DNA of 64,000 bases from an uncultured Pseudomonadota bacterium (GCA_963847705.1 CAWKBC010000014.1:160001-224000), one strand, 5' to 3'; positions 18,782 through 28,228 are shown, counted from the stretch's first letter. Notes: generated from the sequence alone by a model not told the origin. A program made the numbers and translations.

Positions 18782-19980
18782 TCAGGCTCGTCTCCCGCGG
18801 CGTCGCGCAGGGTCAGTTCAGGGACGAGAGGCTCGGTCGGATCACGACAACGGCTATCGACCCAGACCTTCGAGCAGATCACGCCTTCCTCGTCAGGCCG
18901 GCATCGGCGACGCCAGACCTCACTGGGTATGCCGGCGTCCTGGTGCTTCCCGGCGCTGAGGTTCCGACGACGGACCTACCAGCGACGAAGGTCGGCGAGG
19001 AACTGAGCTACCTATCAGACGGCGATGTCGTCCTCATGACACCGTCGGGCCGGATAAGCGTCCTGTACCGGAAATCATCACGACACAATACGATCCTGTC
19101 GACGGAGAGGTGCAACAGCCTCTGCCTCATGTGCTCGCAGCCCCCGCAACCTGAGGACGACAGCTACAGGGTTCCCCAGATCCTGCGACTGCTGGACCTC
19201 ATCGACACCGGCTGTGTCGAACTGGGTGTTAGCGGGGGCGAGCCCCTGCTCCTGGGTGACGGCTTCTTTTCGATCGTCGAGAAGTGCAAGCGGCTGCTGC
19301 CATCGACCGCCCTTCACGTGCTCACGAACGGCCGCCTGTTCAAGGATCCGACCTTTGCGAAGCGACTCGGCGACATCGCTCACCCAGACATCATGCTCGG
19401 GATTCCCCTGTACGCGGACGTCGACACCGTCCACGACTATGTCGTGCAGGTGCAAGGCGCCTTCGATGAGACCGTCTTCGGTCTATACAACCTGGCTGAA
19501 CACGGCGTTCCCATCGAGATCCGCGTCGTCCTCCACGCCCAGACGTACCGACGTCTGCCTCAGCTGGCCGAGTACATCTATCGAAACTTCCCATTCGTCT
19601 CCCACGTCGCCCTCATGGGCCTGGAGATGTTCGGGTACACGAACATCAACCTGGCCGACCTCTGGATCGACCCCGTCGACTACCAACCCGAACTTCGGGC
19701 TGCGACGATGACTCTCGCGGAGCGCGGGCTGAACGTCTCCATCTACAATCACCAACTCTGCACGATCCCGCAGGAACTGTGGCCGTTCGCTAGGCAGTCG
19801 ATCTCCGACTGGAAGAACATCTTCGTACCCGAGTGCGAGGGCTGTTCGGCAAAGGCGATGTGCTCGGGGTTCTTCCACTCAGCAGCGAAGCGGCACAGCG
19901 CCCACATAGCGCCGCCGAAGATACCGGCAGTGCTTGCGGATCGATTGACCAGCCTGGGAGTCGAGGCGGCTCGCGGGTAG
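18778..19980 (+). CDS. hxsC: His-Xaa-Ser system radical SAM maturase HxsC
   Basis: TERCNSLCLMCSQPP, SGGEPLL, HDYVVQ..GAFDET, SISDWKN..CEGC..CSGFF; RBS GGAGG and GTGA overlap. Confidence 0.92.
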   Translation: MIRLVSRGVAQGQFRDERLGRITTTAIDPDLRADHAFLVRPASATPDLTGYAGVLVLPGAEVPTTDLPATKVGEELSYLSDGDVVLMTPSGRISVLYRKSSRHNTILSTERCNSLCLMCSQPPQPEDDSYRVPQILRLLDLIDTGCVELGVSGGEPLLLGDGFFSIVEKCKRLLPSTALHVLTNGRLFKDPTFAKRLGDIAHPDIMLGIPLYADVDTVHDYVVQVQGAFDETVFGLYNLAEHGVPIEIRVVLHAQTYRRLPQLAEYIYRNFPFVSHVALMGLEMFGYTNINLADLWIDPVDYQPELRAATMTLAERGLNVSIYNHQLCTIPQELWPFARQSISDWKNIFVPECEGCSAKAMCSGFFHSAAKRHSAHIAPPKIPAVLADRLTSLGVEAARG

Positions 19981-20054
19981 AAGATGTGCTCCTGGCGGTC
20001 ACGATGATCAACCACTCGTGCTCGATCAGCTGGTTGGCCCCCGTCGATGCAGGA

Positions 20055-21153
20055 TCAAGCTTGATCGGTTTTTGCCTGAACCAGGTTACGTACGTAGGCC
20101 AGTAGGCAGTATCGGACCAGTCGGTGGAAGAACTCTGCGTACGGCAGCTTCTGTTCGGACTCGAAAACTTCGGTCCCCCCAAGTCATGCCGACCGAGGCG
20201 TCCATGTGCCAGTCTGGAAACATCGGCACGCCTGGTGACAGATACATGGGGTCGCCGTTGTGGAGGTAACCAGATCTCGCGTCATAGATTGCCGCTGCAA
20301 CGTCAGCGAGAGTTTCCGGCGTCACCTGGGTATGGGCGGGCTCGCGCGGTTCAGGATCGAAGAAGCCTTTGGAGTACTGCTCGAGGAACCCGACGAATCG
20401 GACCTTTGCCTTCCGAGTGTGAAGCAGGCCGCGAAGCTCGCCGCGCTGGTCTTCTCTTAACTGCTCCATCTTGAAGAGCTGTTCGGCGGTGAGGCCGTCG
20501 AATAGATCGCCTGGGATTGGCTGATCCTGTGCGACCGTCTCGATCGCCGATACGAGGCGGACGAAAACCATCTCGGCGTCGAGACCGATGTTTCGTAGAC
20601 CGCGAGCGTAGTGATTGGCGGCCGTGACCACGCGCTGGTGGTACCTCTCGGGAAGAGCGGAGAGGTCGTCCAGGAATGGTGGCAGCGAAAGCGTGAAATT
20701 GCGGTCGCTCAGTGAGAAAACGATCGAGTCGACCCCAGGACCGGTTTGTCCTCGAAGGGGCCAATATTCCGTCTTGAGCCGAACACCGTCATCTCCCAGA
20801 GGGGGAATCGTCGTCGATACGAGATACAAACGGGCTTGAAGAGAGAGTGAGAAGAGCGCGATCAGCTCACCGATTGGACCATCGGGGAACAGATATCCTT
20901 TCCGCGTCCCTTCTGATCGGAGAACTTCCGCGGCGGTGGGCGGCAGCCTGAGTCTCAGGGCATATTTGTACAGCCCTGCCGGATCCGGGACGAGGGTCGT
21001 ACATCGGGAGATGACAGCACCTTCTCGATAAATCATCAGACCCGGGATGAGCACTTCGGATGCGAACTCGGCCTCGAGATACTCTGCGCCACCTTGAGCA
21101 GAGGCGGCGTCTAGGGTCCGCAACCAAAGCATTCGCTTGTCTGGATCTGCCAT
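20055..21153 (-). CDS. HEPN-domain (ApeA-like) protein; apparent single-base frameshift near 20164-20180
   Basis: FVRLVSAIE helix and IYDARSGYLHNG (RxxxxH); alternative frame supplies FESEQKLPYAEFFHRLVRYCLLAYV to a stop at 20055. Confidence 0.7.
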
Positions 21154-21213
21154 CTTGTCTCTTCGTCCGAGCGAGTAAGCGCGACCGGCTACGGCGGGCC
21201 GGCCTGCTCGCAT

Positions 21214-22146
21214 TCAGGACGTCCCTCTTCCATTGGATCCGCGAACTGATTCGTATCGGAGAAGAATGAAGTGCGCGGCCGTCAGCGCGTACTGTCGACA
21301 GATCCTCGCGTGTTCGTGCTCGGACATGTTCGCGTGGCCGCCGTGAATACTGAGGATCGTGTGGAGTGCGAAAAGGAACCTCTCTTCCTCCTCGGTGATC
21401 AGGCCGTTCGCTTTTAGGAAGGCGCGCACCGGGCCGGGCAGCGCACTCCTGGCAAGGTTCTTCTTGCTCGCGACGGCAGCTGCGCGGGCGACGCCGAGCA
21501 GGGCGATCTCCATGACGTCCCGCCCATGCTTGATGCTGTCTCCCCATTTTCCCGCGGTGTAGTGCTCATCAGTCAGATTCAGATCGTTTGATACTTGCTC
21601 GAGGCCTTCCAAACTCAGGCTCTTGAAAAGGGACAGCAAGGCACCCGATTGCTCCTCGACGTCGAACACATTGGCCTCCCGCACGGCGACTTTGCCATCG
21701 CGGAGCTCATAGCCATCCAGTTCGAGGCAATTGGTCATTCGCTTGATGAGCCAGGAACCCGGCTTCACAAGGCATTCCTCGCTGCGAGCGAACTTCACGA
21801 TATCCTCGACGAGCTTCAGCACGATTCGTTGCGAGGCGATCAGCAGCTCTGGCGCGCTCGCTGCTAGTGCCGAGACTTGCGGCGTCGTCCCCATCCTGGC
21901 GTCGAGACCGAGAACGAAATATTTGATGGCGCCTCGCTGGGGCTGGAGTTGGCGTGCGAGGTGGATCAGCGGTGCGGGATACTCGTTTGCGTACAGAAGA
22001 TCAGCGAACCAGTCGGGGCGGACGCGTTCCTCAGATTTGCCACCGAGGTTGATCGTGAACTCGAAGCACGCCGAGACGACCTCCGCCAAGGCCAAGATCG
22101 TTCGGTTACGAAGCGGTGGCCCAACCACGCTGCGTGCCTCTGCCAT
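21214..22146 (-). CDS. Hypothetical Abi-like protein (possible abortive-infection C-terminal/HEPN-like domain)
   Basis: CLELDGYEL linker; C-terminal helical domain WGDSIKHGRDVME..LSIHGGH; defence-island context. Confidence 0.55.
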   Translation of the reverse strand: MAEARSVVGPPLRNRTILALAEVVSACFEFTINLGGKSEERVRPDWFADLLYANEYPAPLIHLARQLQPQRGAIKYFVLGLDARMGTTPQVSALAASAPELLIASQRIVLKLVEDIVKFARSEECLVKPGSWLIKRMTNCLELDGYELRDGKVAVREANVFDVEEQSGALLSLFKSLSLEGLEQVSNDLNLTDEHYTAGKWGDSIKHGRDVMEIALLGVARAAAVASKKNLARSALPGPVRAFLKANGLITEEEERFLFALHTILSIHGGHANMSEHEHARICRQYALTAAHFILLRYESVRGSNGRGTS

Positions 22147-22399
22147 GTGGGCGAGTCTATCGCTTGGCGACGTCGAGCGGGACCAGCCGCCACTATCCGC
22201 TGGACGGGCCGGCCCGATGCCGACCTTCGGCCTCATGAGGCCGACCACAGACGCGGATTTCTGCCGCCGCGGCCGTCGAGCGCAGGGTGTCTGCTTACGT
22301 CGCCGTCGCTTCGCTCATTCACGAGTCGAGCACCACGACGATCTAGGCTATCTCAGGCCCGAGGTCGCCGTCGCGCTTGGAGGGGTGAACGCTCACGGT

Positions 22400-22421
22400 G
22401 CTCAGGGGTGCGCCCCTGAGC
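22400..22421. terminator. GC-rich hairpin (possible terminator)
   Basis: GCTCAGGGG-TGCG-CCCCTGAGC 9-bp stem, no clear U tract. Confidence 0.35.
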
Positions 22422-22579
22422 GATGGCGCGGTGCGAGGCGGATGACCTGCTCACCGGGAAGTTCCCTCGCGTGGGACGATGCCCATGTTGTGTGGGGCTG
22501 GTAGTACGTTCGGCAGTAGGGCGCTTGTGCCAAGTCCAGACGGATATTAGTGTATTCAAATACTTGCGCGGGTGTCCGC

Positions 22580-22607
22580 GCCTATGCCACGCTAGCGTGG
22601 CATAGGC
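22580..22607. promoter_or_regulatory. 28-bp perfect palindrome (candidate operator)
   Basis: GCCTATGCCACGCT-AGCGTGGCATAGGC, 86 bp upstream of the Zn-finger gene. Confidence 0.6.
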
Positions 22608-22693
22608 AACAAAATATGGCTTGACCGGCTCGGCCGCGCTTCCTATGGTCCCTCCCTAAAGGCCTAGGGGGGTCTTTCCGAAAAGGAGAACGA

Positions 22694-22921
22694 ATGGCGT
22701 TGAATCTCAAGGATCTCGCAGCCAATCCCAAGCTGCTTGACGATCTGAGATCACGGGCGGGCGGGCGGGGCTGTGTCAAGTGCAGCACTCCTCTACAGGA
22801 AACGCTCACCGGAAAGCGGCAGCTCGCAGACGGCGATGCCTGCAGCGACTGTTTCTACGAAGAATTGGGTAAGCTCGTCGAAGAGCATCCCATCGCATCG
22901 GCAGGGACCCGCCGAAGCTAA
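22694..22921 (+). CDS. Small Zn-finger protein (CxxC...CxxC)
   Basis: CVKC and CSDC; strong RBS AAAGGAG. Confidence 0.75.
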   Translation: MALNLKDLAANPKLLDDLRSRAGGRGCVKCSTPLQETLTGKRQLADGDACSDCFYEELGKLVEEHPIASAGTRRS

Positions 22922-22991
22922 GAGTAAGCCCAAGGGACAGTAGTCCTTCGGGCTTACCTCTCCATCGGAGTGCCGAGGCTCTACCGATCAC

Positions 22992-23939
22992 GTGAATACC
23001 TATTTCATCGGGAAAGAGGAGATTGAGGCGTACGCCCTCGACCTAGTCGGCCGCTTGGAACGCCTTGAGTCGTTCCCACAGGTTTGGTGCCCCGTCACCA
23101 AGTCCGGGGACGCCATCCAAAAAGTCCTTGCGCCGATCATCCAGGCGATCCGACCGCAATTGTTGGAAGGAGTTCGCAGTGTTTCTATCGGGGTTGAAAA
23201 AACTGGGATCACGTTTTTAGAAGAGGCGAATCCGGGCTCTGAGTTAAGCGGGAAAAGCGTGCTTCTTTTGGACGGCGCCATTCACTCCGGCGATACGATG
23301 AATCGGTGTACGGCGGAGATTCTGAGGTATCAGCCCAAAGAACTGAGTAGCTACTCCTTGGTTATGAAGGTCGGAGCATCCTTCATACCGACCTTTTGGG
23401 GCGTCGCAATAGACGAGACCGATCGCGCCTTTTTCCTCTTAGACAATATCCCGAATCATCGCTTGGACGCTGGGCCGACAAGACGTCAGCCGCCAGTCCA
23501 CCTGGAGCGGCTTTCCGAGAAGCACGTGAAACTGCCGCGGTTAGAATGCGGCGTCGGATCGATGGACCGGATGACATGGTCCGATCGATATTTCCAGATG
23601 CAGGCGGCCGAACATCCCCCGTGTACGTACCTGCTCATGCGCAGCCAGACAATCGTCGGCTACCTGACGGTACGTCATGGTTCCAATGGGGTCTTTTCAA
23701 TCGACGAGGTGGCCAGCACGAAGTCCTCAGGGTATGGGGGAATTCTGATGCGTTTTGCTGACACGCTGGCTCGCCAAACGAATTGCGCGCTCGTCCAGCT
23801 AAACGCAATTGAAAATCAAGTCTCGTTCTACTTGAAATTCGGCTATCGCAAGATAGATGGTCGCCGGCCGCTGACCTTGGATGACGAGATCTTCTGGCCG
23901 ATGGAACGAACGGTTCTTTACCACCAGAGACACCGCTAG
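22992..23939 (+). CDS. Phosphoribosyltransferase-like domain fused to a GNAT acetyltransferase
   Basis: GKSVLLLDGAIHSGDTM PRPP-loop variant; C-terminal IVGYL..IDEVAS..GYGGILM..FYLKFGY GNAT pattern. Confidence 0.72.
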   Translation: MNTYFIGKEEIEAYALDLVGRLERLESFPQVWCPVTKSGDAIQKVLAPIIQAIRPQLLEGVRSVSIGVEKTGITFLEEANPGSELSGKSVLLLDGAIHSGDTMNRCTAEILRYQPKELSSYSLVMKVGASFIPTFWGVAIDETDRAFFLLDNIPNHRLDAGPTRRQPPVHLERLSEKHVKLPRLECGVGSMDRMTWSDRYFQMQAAEHPPCTYLLMRSQTIVGYLTVRHGSNGVFSIDEVASTKSSGYGGILMRFADTLARQTNCALVQLNAIENQVSFYLKFGYRKIDGRRPLTLDDEIFWPMERTVLYHQRHR

Positions 23940-24031
23940 GACCGAGACTTCGTTCGGCCGACCCTCTGCCGCGCAGCCCCCTTTCCCGGCACCTCCGGCC
24001 CGTCGTAAGCTCAGCTGTTGGGAGGCTCGAC

Positions 24032-24337
24032 ATGGCGCGATTCATCGCTCGGGTGCAGCTTCACGAGGACGGGGACTACGAGGCGCTTCACAAAGCGATG
24101 GCTACGCTCGGGTTCGTCCCGACGATACCCGACCTCGGCGTCCCCCCGCTGCGCCTCCAGCTCCCAGAGGGAACTTACTATCGGCTCGCAGACCACGACG
24201 ACGTCATGAGGGCGCTGACCTTGGAGGTCTATGAGGCGGCCGTGAAGGCTAACAAAGGGCGCAAGGCCATGGTGTTGGTCGTGAAGGCGGCCGCTGGCGC
24301 GGAAGACGTGTACGAACTCGGTCTTCCAGCAAAGTAG
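24032..24337 (+). CDS. GhoS/DUF2622-like small protein (Cas2-like fold)
   Basis: MARFIARVQLH..DYEALHKAMATLGF..QLPEGTY. Confidence 0.6.
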   Translation: MARFIARVQLHEDGDYEALHKAMATLGFVPTIPDLGVPPLRLQLPEGTYYRLADHDDVMRALTLEVYEAAVKANKGRKAMVLVVKAAAGAEDVYELGLPAK

Positions 24338-24372
24338 ATCAGCGGACCTCGGCGCTGAGCGAAAATCCGAGC

Positions 24373-25248
24373 ATGACCGCCTCCCGAGAGGTTGTAGAGC
24401 TGATCGACTGCGATACCGCCGAACAGTTCCTTAATGTACTGAGCCCGCAAAACCCCGTTTGGGGACCGGACCCCTCGCTATGGATCTTCAGGGGTCACGC
24501 TCAGGCTGATTGGTTGCTCCTGTCAACCGCGCAGCGGGCCGATCTCCACGAAGATTACAACGTCAGGTGGGCAATCACTCGTGGGTGGGAGACAGGGGCA
24601 AGCGCACAAGAGTCTGACAGAAGGCGGGCGGCCGAGGGAGCCCTAGTCGACCGCTTTCGGCGGGCCCTGGACGAGGCGGCTCTGAATATTCCGGTCAACC
24701 CTTTTCAATCGACGTTCTCTGAGGTCGTTCATTCGTACGAGGTTGATCTCGACGGTCTTCCCTTGCTGGCCTTGGCCCAGCATTTAGGGCTTCCGACCAG
24801 CCTATTGGACTGGACTAGGATCGCCCCTAAGGGTGCCTATTTCGCTGCAGGTGACTTTGAGGTCGCAGAGGACGAAGGACGTCTCGCGGTATGGGGACTG
24901 AATACAGGACTCTTTGCATCGGGGATTTTCGTCGATCCACTCACCATGAGGATCGTCACTGCCCCGAACGCCAGCAACCCGAATCTCCACGCTCAGTCGG
25001 GACTATTTACCCAAGCGCGCGGCGGAGAGCTGCTCGCGGTCGACGACTACGTTCGAGCTGTATTCGACGAGAACTCAGCACACATAAAGGTCCCGCTACC
25101 GTGGATGAGAAAACTGACCCTTCGTCGAACCTTTCGGAAGGAGTTATTGCGCCTGCTTTCCTACGGCGGGATCAACGGATCTTCGATGTTCCCCGGCTAT
25201 TCGGGGGTCGTGCGTCGTCTTCGGGAAGAGGCTCTCTGGAAGCCATAG
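24373..25248 (+). CDS. FRG-domain protein
   Basis: WIFRGHA, AQHLGLPTSLLDWT, AYFA, NPNLHAQSGLFT, SMFPG. Confidence 0.88.
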   Translation: MTASREVVELIDCDTAEQFLNVLSPQNPVWGPDPSLWIFRGHAQADWLLLSTAQRADLHEDYNVRWAITRGWETGASAQESDRRRAAEGALVDRFRRALDEAALNIPVNPFQSTFSEVVHSYEVDLDGLPLLALAQHLGLPTSLLDWTRIAPKGAYFAAGDFEVAEDEGRLAVWGLNTGLFASGIFVDPLTMRIVTAPNASNPNLHAQSGLFTQARGGELLAVDDYVRAVFDENSAHIKVPLPWMRKLTLRRTFRKELLRLLSYGGINGSSMFPGYSGVVRRLREEALWKP

Positions 25249-25358
25249 GTCGTCCGCCTCCCAGTCTGGACAGTCGCACCGGCAGCGTGGGAACCCAAGG
25301 CGGCCAGCGCAGCGAGCAGACCGTGACCCCGGTAAGCCGAGCCAGACTAGCGTCGAAA

Positions 25359-27953
25359 TTAAAAGCCAGGAATCTCGAGCTTGCGGGCGAGACGGAGGAC
25401 GTGATCGTTCTTCGGGTCCAAGGCCAGCGCCTTTTCGACGGCCCGTCGAGCAGGAGGATGTTCTTCGAGATTCAGGTGCAACCACGCCAGCCTTGAAAGA
25501 TCTGTCGCGTCCACCTGCTTCCCGAATCGAGAAAATGCGTCAACGATTGGCGCGATGAGGGAGCGCCGATCGTAACCGTAGTCCTTGAAGTCCCTGAGGA
25601 TTCCATTTATGCGATTTGCGGCTTCACTGATCTCCTCCAGGCTAATGAGAGAACTCCTGCCGTATTCGCCCCAGGCGTGTAGAGCTGCCTCGGGGTCGCC
25701 GAGCCGCTGTGAGTAGAGCGCCAGTTCTCGCCATGCCTGGCGGCGGTCAGCATCTTGCGGTGCTACCTCGATATACCGTCTAAGGGCGTCCCTCGAGTGT
25801 TTCCACCCATCCGCGTTTCCGACTTCGCCGTAGAGGCGAGACATCATCAGCCAAGCCTGTGGATAGTCCTGAGCGATGTATTCCAGAACCGGAACGTAGT
25901 TCTCGAACTGTTCTGGGCCGTCTGCGAGTGCTTCGGACGCAAGCGCAAAGACCTTCTCCACGTGAGGTGCGATCCCGTGCCGAAGATCCGCTTCCTGAGT
26001 CGCACCGAAAGCTCGGAGGAGAGCGACATCAGCAGCGACTGCCGGGCTTGACGGTTCCGTGCTGAGCTTCCTGCGGCCGAACAGCGACGCGACGAGTGGT
26101 GCGCGGAGAAATTCGTGTCGGCCGGACATCAGAACCTCGATCAGGGAGGATCTCCGAAGAGCTTCAACGGCTTTCTCGACATCCATCTTGTCGGCGTTTG
26201 CTGGTCGAAGGAGCACCGCTTCGAGCCCCACCCGTGGGACCCATGACCGCCAACTGCACAGCGTGAGAAACACACGTCGCGAGCTAGGATCGAGGCTGCC
26301 GTACGTCCGCTCGAAGAGAGCCGTCAAGATGTTTTCTTTCGACGCGACGATCCGCTCGACAGCGAGGAGACGGCCGGCGTTTGCCACCTCGCCGAGAAGA
26401 ACCTTCATCACATAAGGGTGGCCCTCTGCTTCCTCGTGCAGGCGCCGCTTGTACTCGGAAGTCAACAGCCCTGTGATCCCGAGACTACTGGCAGTACCTT
26501 CGATCAGCTTCTCGCTCTCTTCCTCCTCCATGCCGGACACCGCGATCTGGTAGTCCCCGTTGAATTCGCTCAGGCGTGTCGTGATCAGAACCTTGTTGGG
26601 CAAACGGATAGAAGCATCGATCCAGCGAAACAGATCCACGGGCGATGACACCGTCTCGAAATTGTCGAACACGAATAGGGTCGCCCCGGCAGCGGCGCGT
26701 TCCATTTCACTCCTCATAAACTCCACAGGCTTGAAACCCCTCTTCCCGGCGTCGGGCGCGTCTATCAAGCGTGCGTATTCCGTCGCAATGTCCACCTCGT
26801 TCAAAACATCCGGTTTCACCGGCTTCGGGCCCGCGGTCATCAGATCGACGTCGCGAGCACTGAACCAGAGAATGGCAGTGAACTGTCCCGACATAGCGAG
26901 GTCGTTCAGGACCTCGAGGGCTAGCGACGTCTTGCCGATGCCGCCGCGCCCATGAAGCGTCACTAGCGGGTGACGATCGTCCGTGAGACAGCGAGACAGT
27001 TCTCGCTCAAGCCTCTCCCTCTTGATGTAGCCTGGTGGGCGAACAGGAAGGTTGGCGAAGGAGTTCCCAACGATCTCCAGTGCACCTCGAGCTTTCGTCT
27101 CACTTCCGGGCAAGGAGGTAGCAGGTACGAGGTATGGGGCCGCATCGGCCGATGCCGCGCTGCCGGTAATGTACGAGACGACCTCGAACCGCTTGTCGTT
27201 GAACCCGCCATTCGGACAGTGGAAGTCTGAGAGTTCACCATCCGAACGCAGCATTTCGACGAGCCGGAGACGATCAAACTCGACGTAGATGCCGTTCGGC
27301 AACGATGTAGAGGTCTTGGATCGGAGGTCGTCGAATGCACGAGATGAAGCGCCACAATAGGCAACCCGATACTTTCCGGAAAGGTTGCGGTGGAGGAACG
27401 CCCACGGGCGACCGAATAGCGCGAAGTTGGCCATGACCATTTCGATCGAGGCGGCCAAGGCCTCGATCGCTGCCGCCCGTTGAACTGGTCCCTGCGCCCC
27501 ATGCCCGCGGGTCTTGTTCCTGAGATGGACGAATATCCTGAACCAGTCTCGTTGGCTCGGACTACCGGAAACGTCCGGAACGTCGGGCGCTAGTTGGCCG
27601 GCGGCACGATGAATAGCTGTAACCGCATTGACCACCCACTCGGCCGACGACTTCTTCTGCGTTAGCGCACGTACCTCGTCTTCAGCTGCCGTTCGGAACT
27701 GTGCCGTAGGCCCCGTAAGGATCTCTTCGATCACTTCCCCCCACACACCGAGACCGCTCGCCCGTACCAGTCGATGGATCTGCCTATATCGATGTCGGTC
27801 GGCGTCATCGTCTATTGCGGCGACCAAGCCAGCGGTAACCAACTTGGTCACGAACTCCCCCGCAAGCATCAGACTGTCGAAATACTCAGCGTCGGAATTC
27901 TCACGGGCGCGCGACATTCGCTCGCGCATCCGATCTAGCGGCAGGAACGGCAT
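25359..27953 (-). CDS. STAND/NB-ARC NTPase with C-terminal TPR-like repeats (NLR/Avs-like)
   Basis: GRGGIGKT, LFVFDNFE, VLITTR, GHPY; helical C-terminus AVEKALALDPKN; N-terminal domain with LRNKTRGHG. Confidence 0.85.
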   Translation of the reverse strand: MPFLPLDRMRERMSRARENSDAEYFDSLMLAGEFVTKLVTAGLVAAIDDDADRHRYRQIHRLVRASGLGVWGEVIEEILTGPTAQFRTAAEDEVRALTQKKSSAEWVVNAVTAIHRAAGQLAPDVPDVSGSPSQRDWFRIFVHLRNKTRGHGAQGPVQRAAAIEALAASIEMVMANFALFGRPWAFLHRNLSGKYRVAYCGASSRAFDDLRSKTSTSLPNGIYVEFDRLRLVEMLRSDGELSDFHCPNGGFNDKRFEVVSYITGSAASADAAPYLVPATSLPGSETKARGALEIVGNSFANLPVRPPGYIKRERLERELSRCLTDDRHPLVTLHGRGGIGKTSLALEVLNDLAMSGQFTAILWFSARDVDLMTAGPKPVKPDVLNEVDIATEYARLIDAPDAGKRGFKPVEFMRSEMERAAAGATLFVFDNFETVSSPVDLFRWIDASIRLPNKVLITTRLSEFNGDYQIAVSGMEEEESEKLIEGTASSLGITGLLTSEYKRRLHEEAEGHPYVMKVLLGEVANAGRLLAVERIVASKENILTALFERTYGSLDPSSRRVFLTLCSWRSWVPRVGLEAVLLRPANADKMDVEKAVEALRRSSLIEVLMSGRHEFLRAPLVASLFGRRKLSTEPSSPAVAADVALLRAFGATQEADLRHGIAPHVEKVFALASEALADGPEQFENYVPVLEYIAQDYPQAWLMMSRLYGEVGNADGWKHSRDALRRYIEVAPQDADRRQAWRELALYSQRLGDPEAALHAWGEYGRSSLISLEEISEAANRINGILRDFKDYGYDRRSLIAPIVDAFSRFGKQVDATDLSRLAWLHLNLEEHPPARRAVEKALALDPKNDHVLRLARKLEIPGF

Positions 27954-28177
27954 CGACCCTCCGGCAAGTTTACGATTGATCTTACTGCGAATCGCCGACG
28001 GCGAGAACGGCACTGAGATCAGCGAGGGAGCCGCGCAGCTTGGTGACCTCCGTTTGCAGGGCCTCCCGAGGATCGGTGCTAAACGCTGTGATTTTTGGAT
28101 TCGCCTCGTCTCACGGGATTGAACACTTTCAAAAGGTTGCGCCCCCCTGCTACCCGCTGCGATGCCCCCCTTGCGTA

Positions 28178-28220
28178 CTGTCACGCCGGAGGCCGCGGGT
28201 TCAAGTCCCGTCCACCCCGC
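28178..28220 (+). pseudogene. 3' half of a tRNA-Asp(GTC), att-site remnant
   Basis: CTGTCACGCCGGAGGCCGCGGGTTCAAGTCCCGTCCACCCCGC: anticodon loop, T arm and acceptor 3' strand; no 5' half upstream. Confidence 0.8.
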
Positions 28221-28228
28221 TGAAACCC

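Noticed and set aside
24032-24337. Cas2 / CRISPR adaptation module
   Set aside because: The resemblance is to GhoS/DUF2622; no cas1 or array nearby.
28178-28220. Functional tRNA-Asp gene
   Set aside because: No acceptor 5' strand or D arm upstream; kept only as an att remnant.
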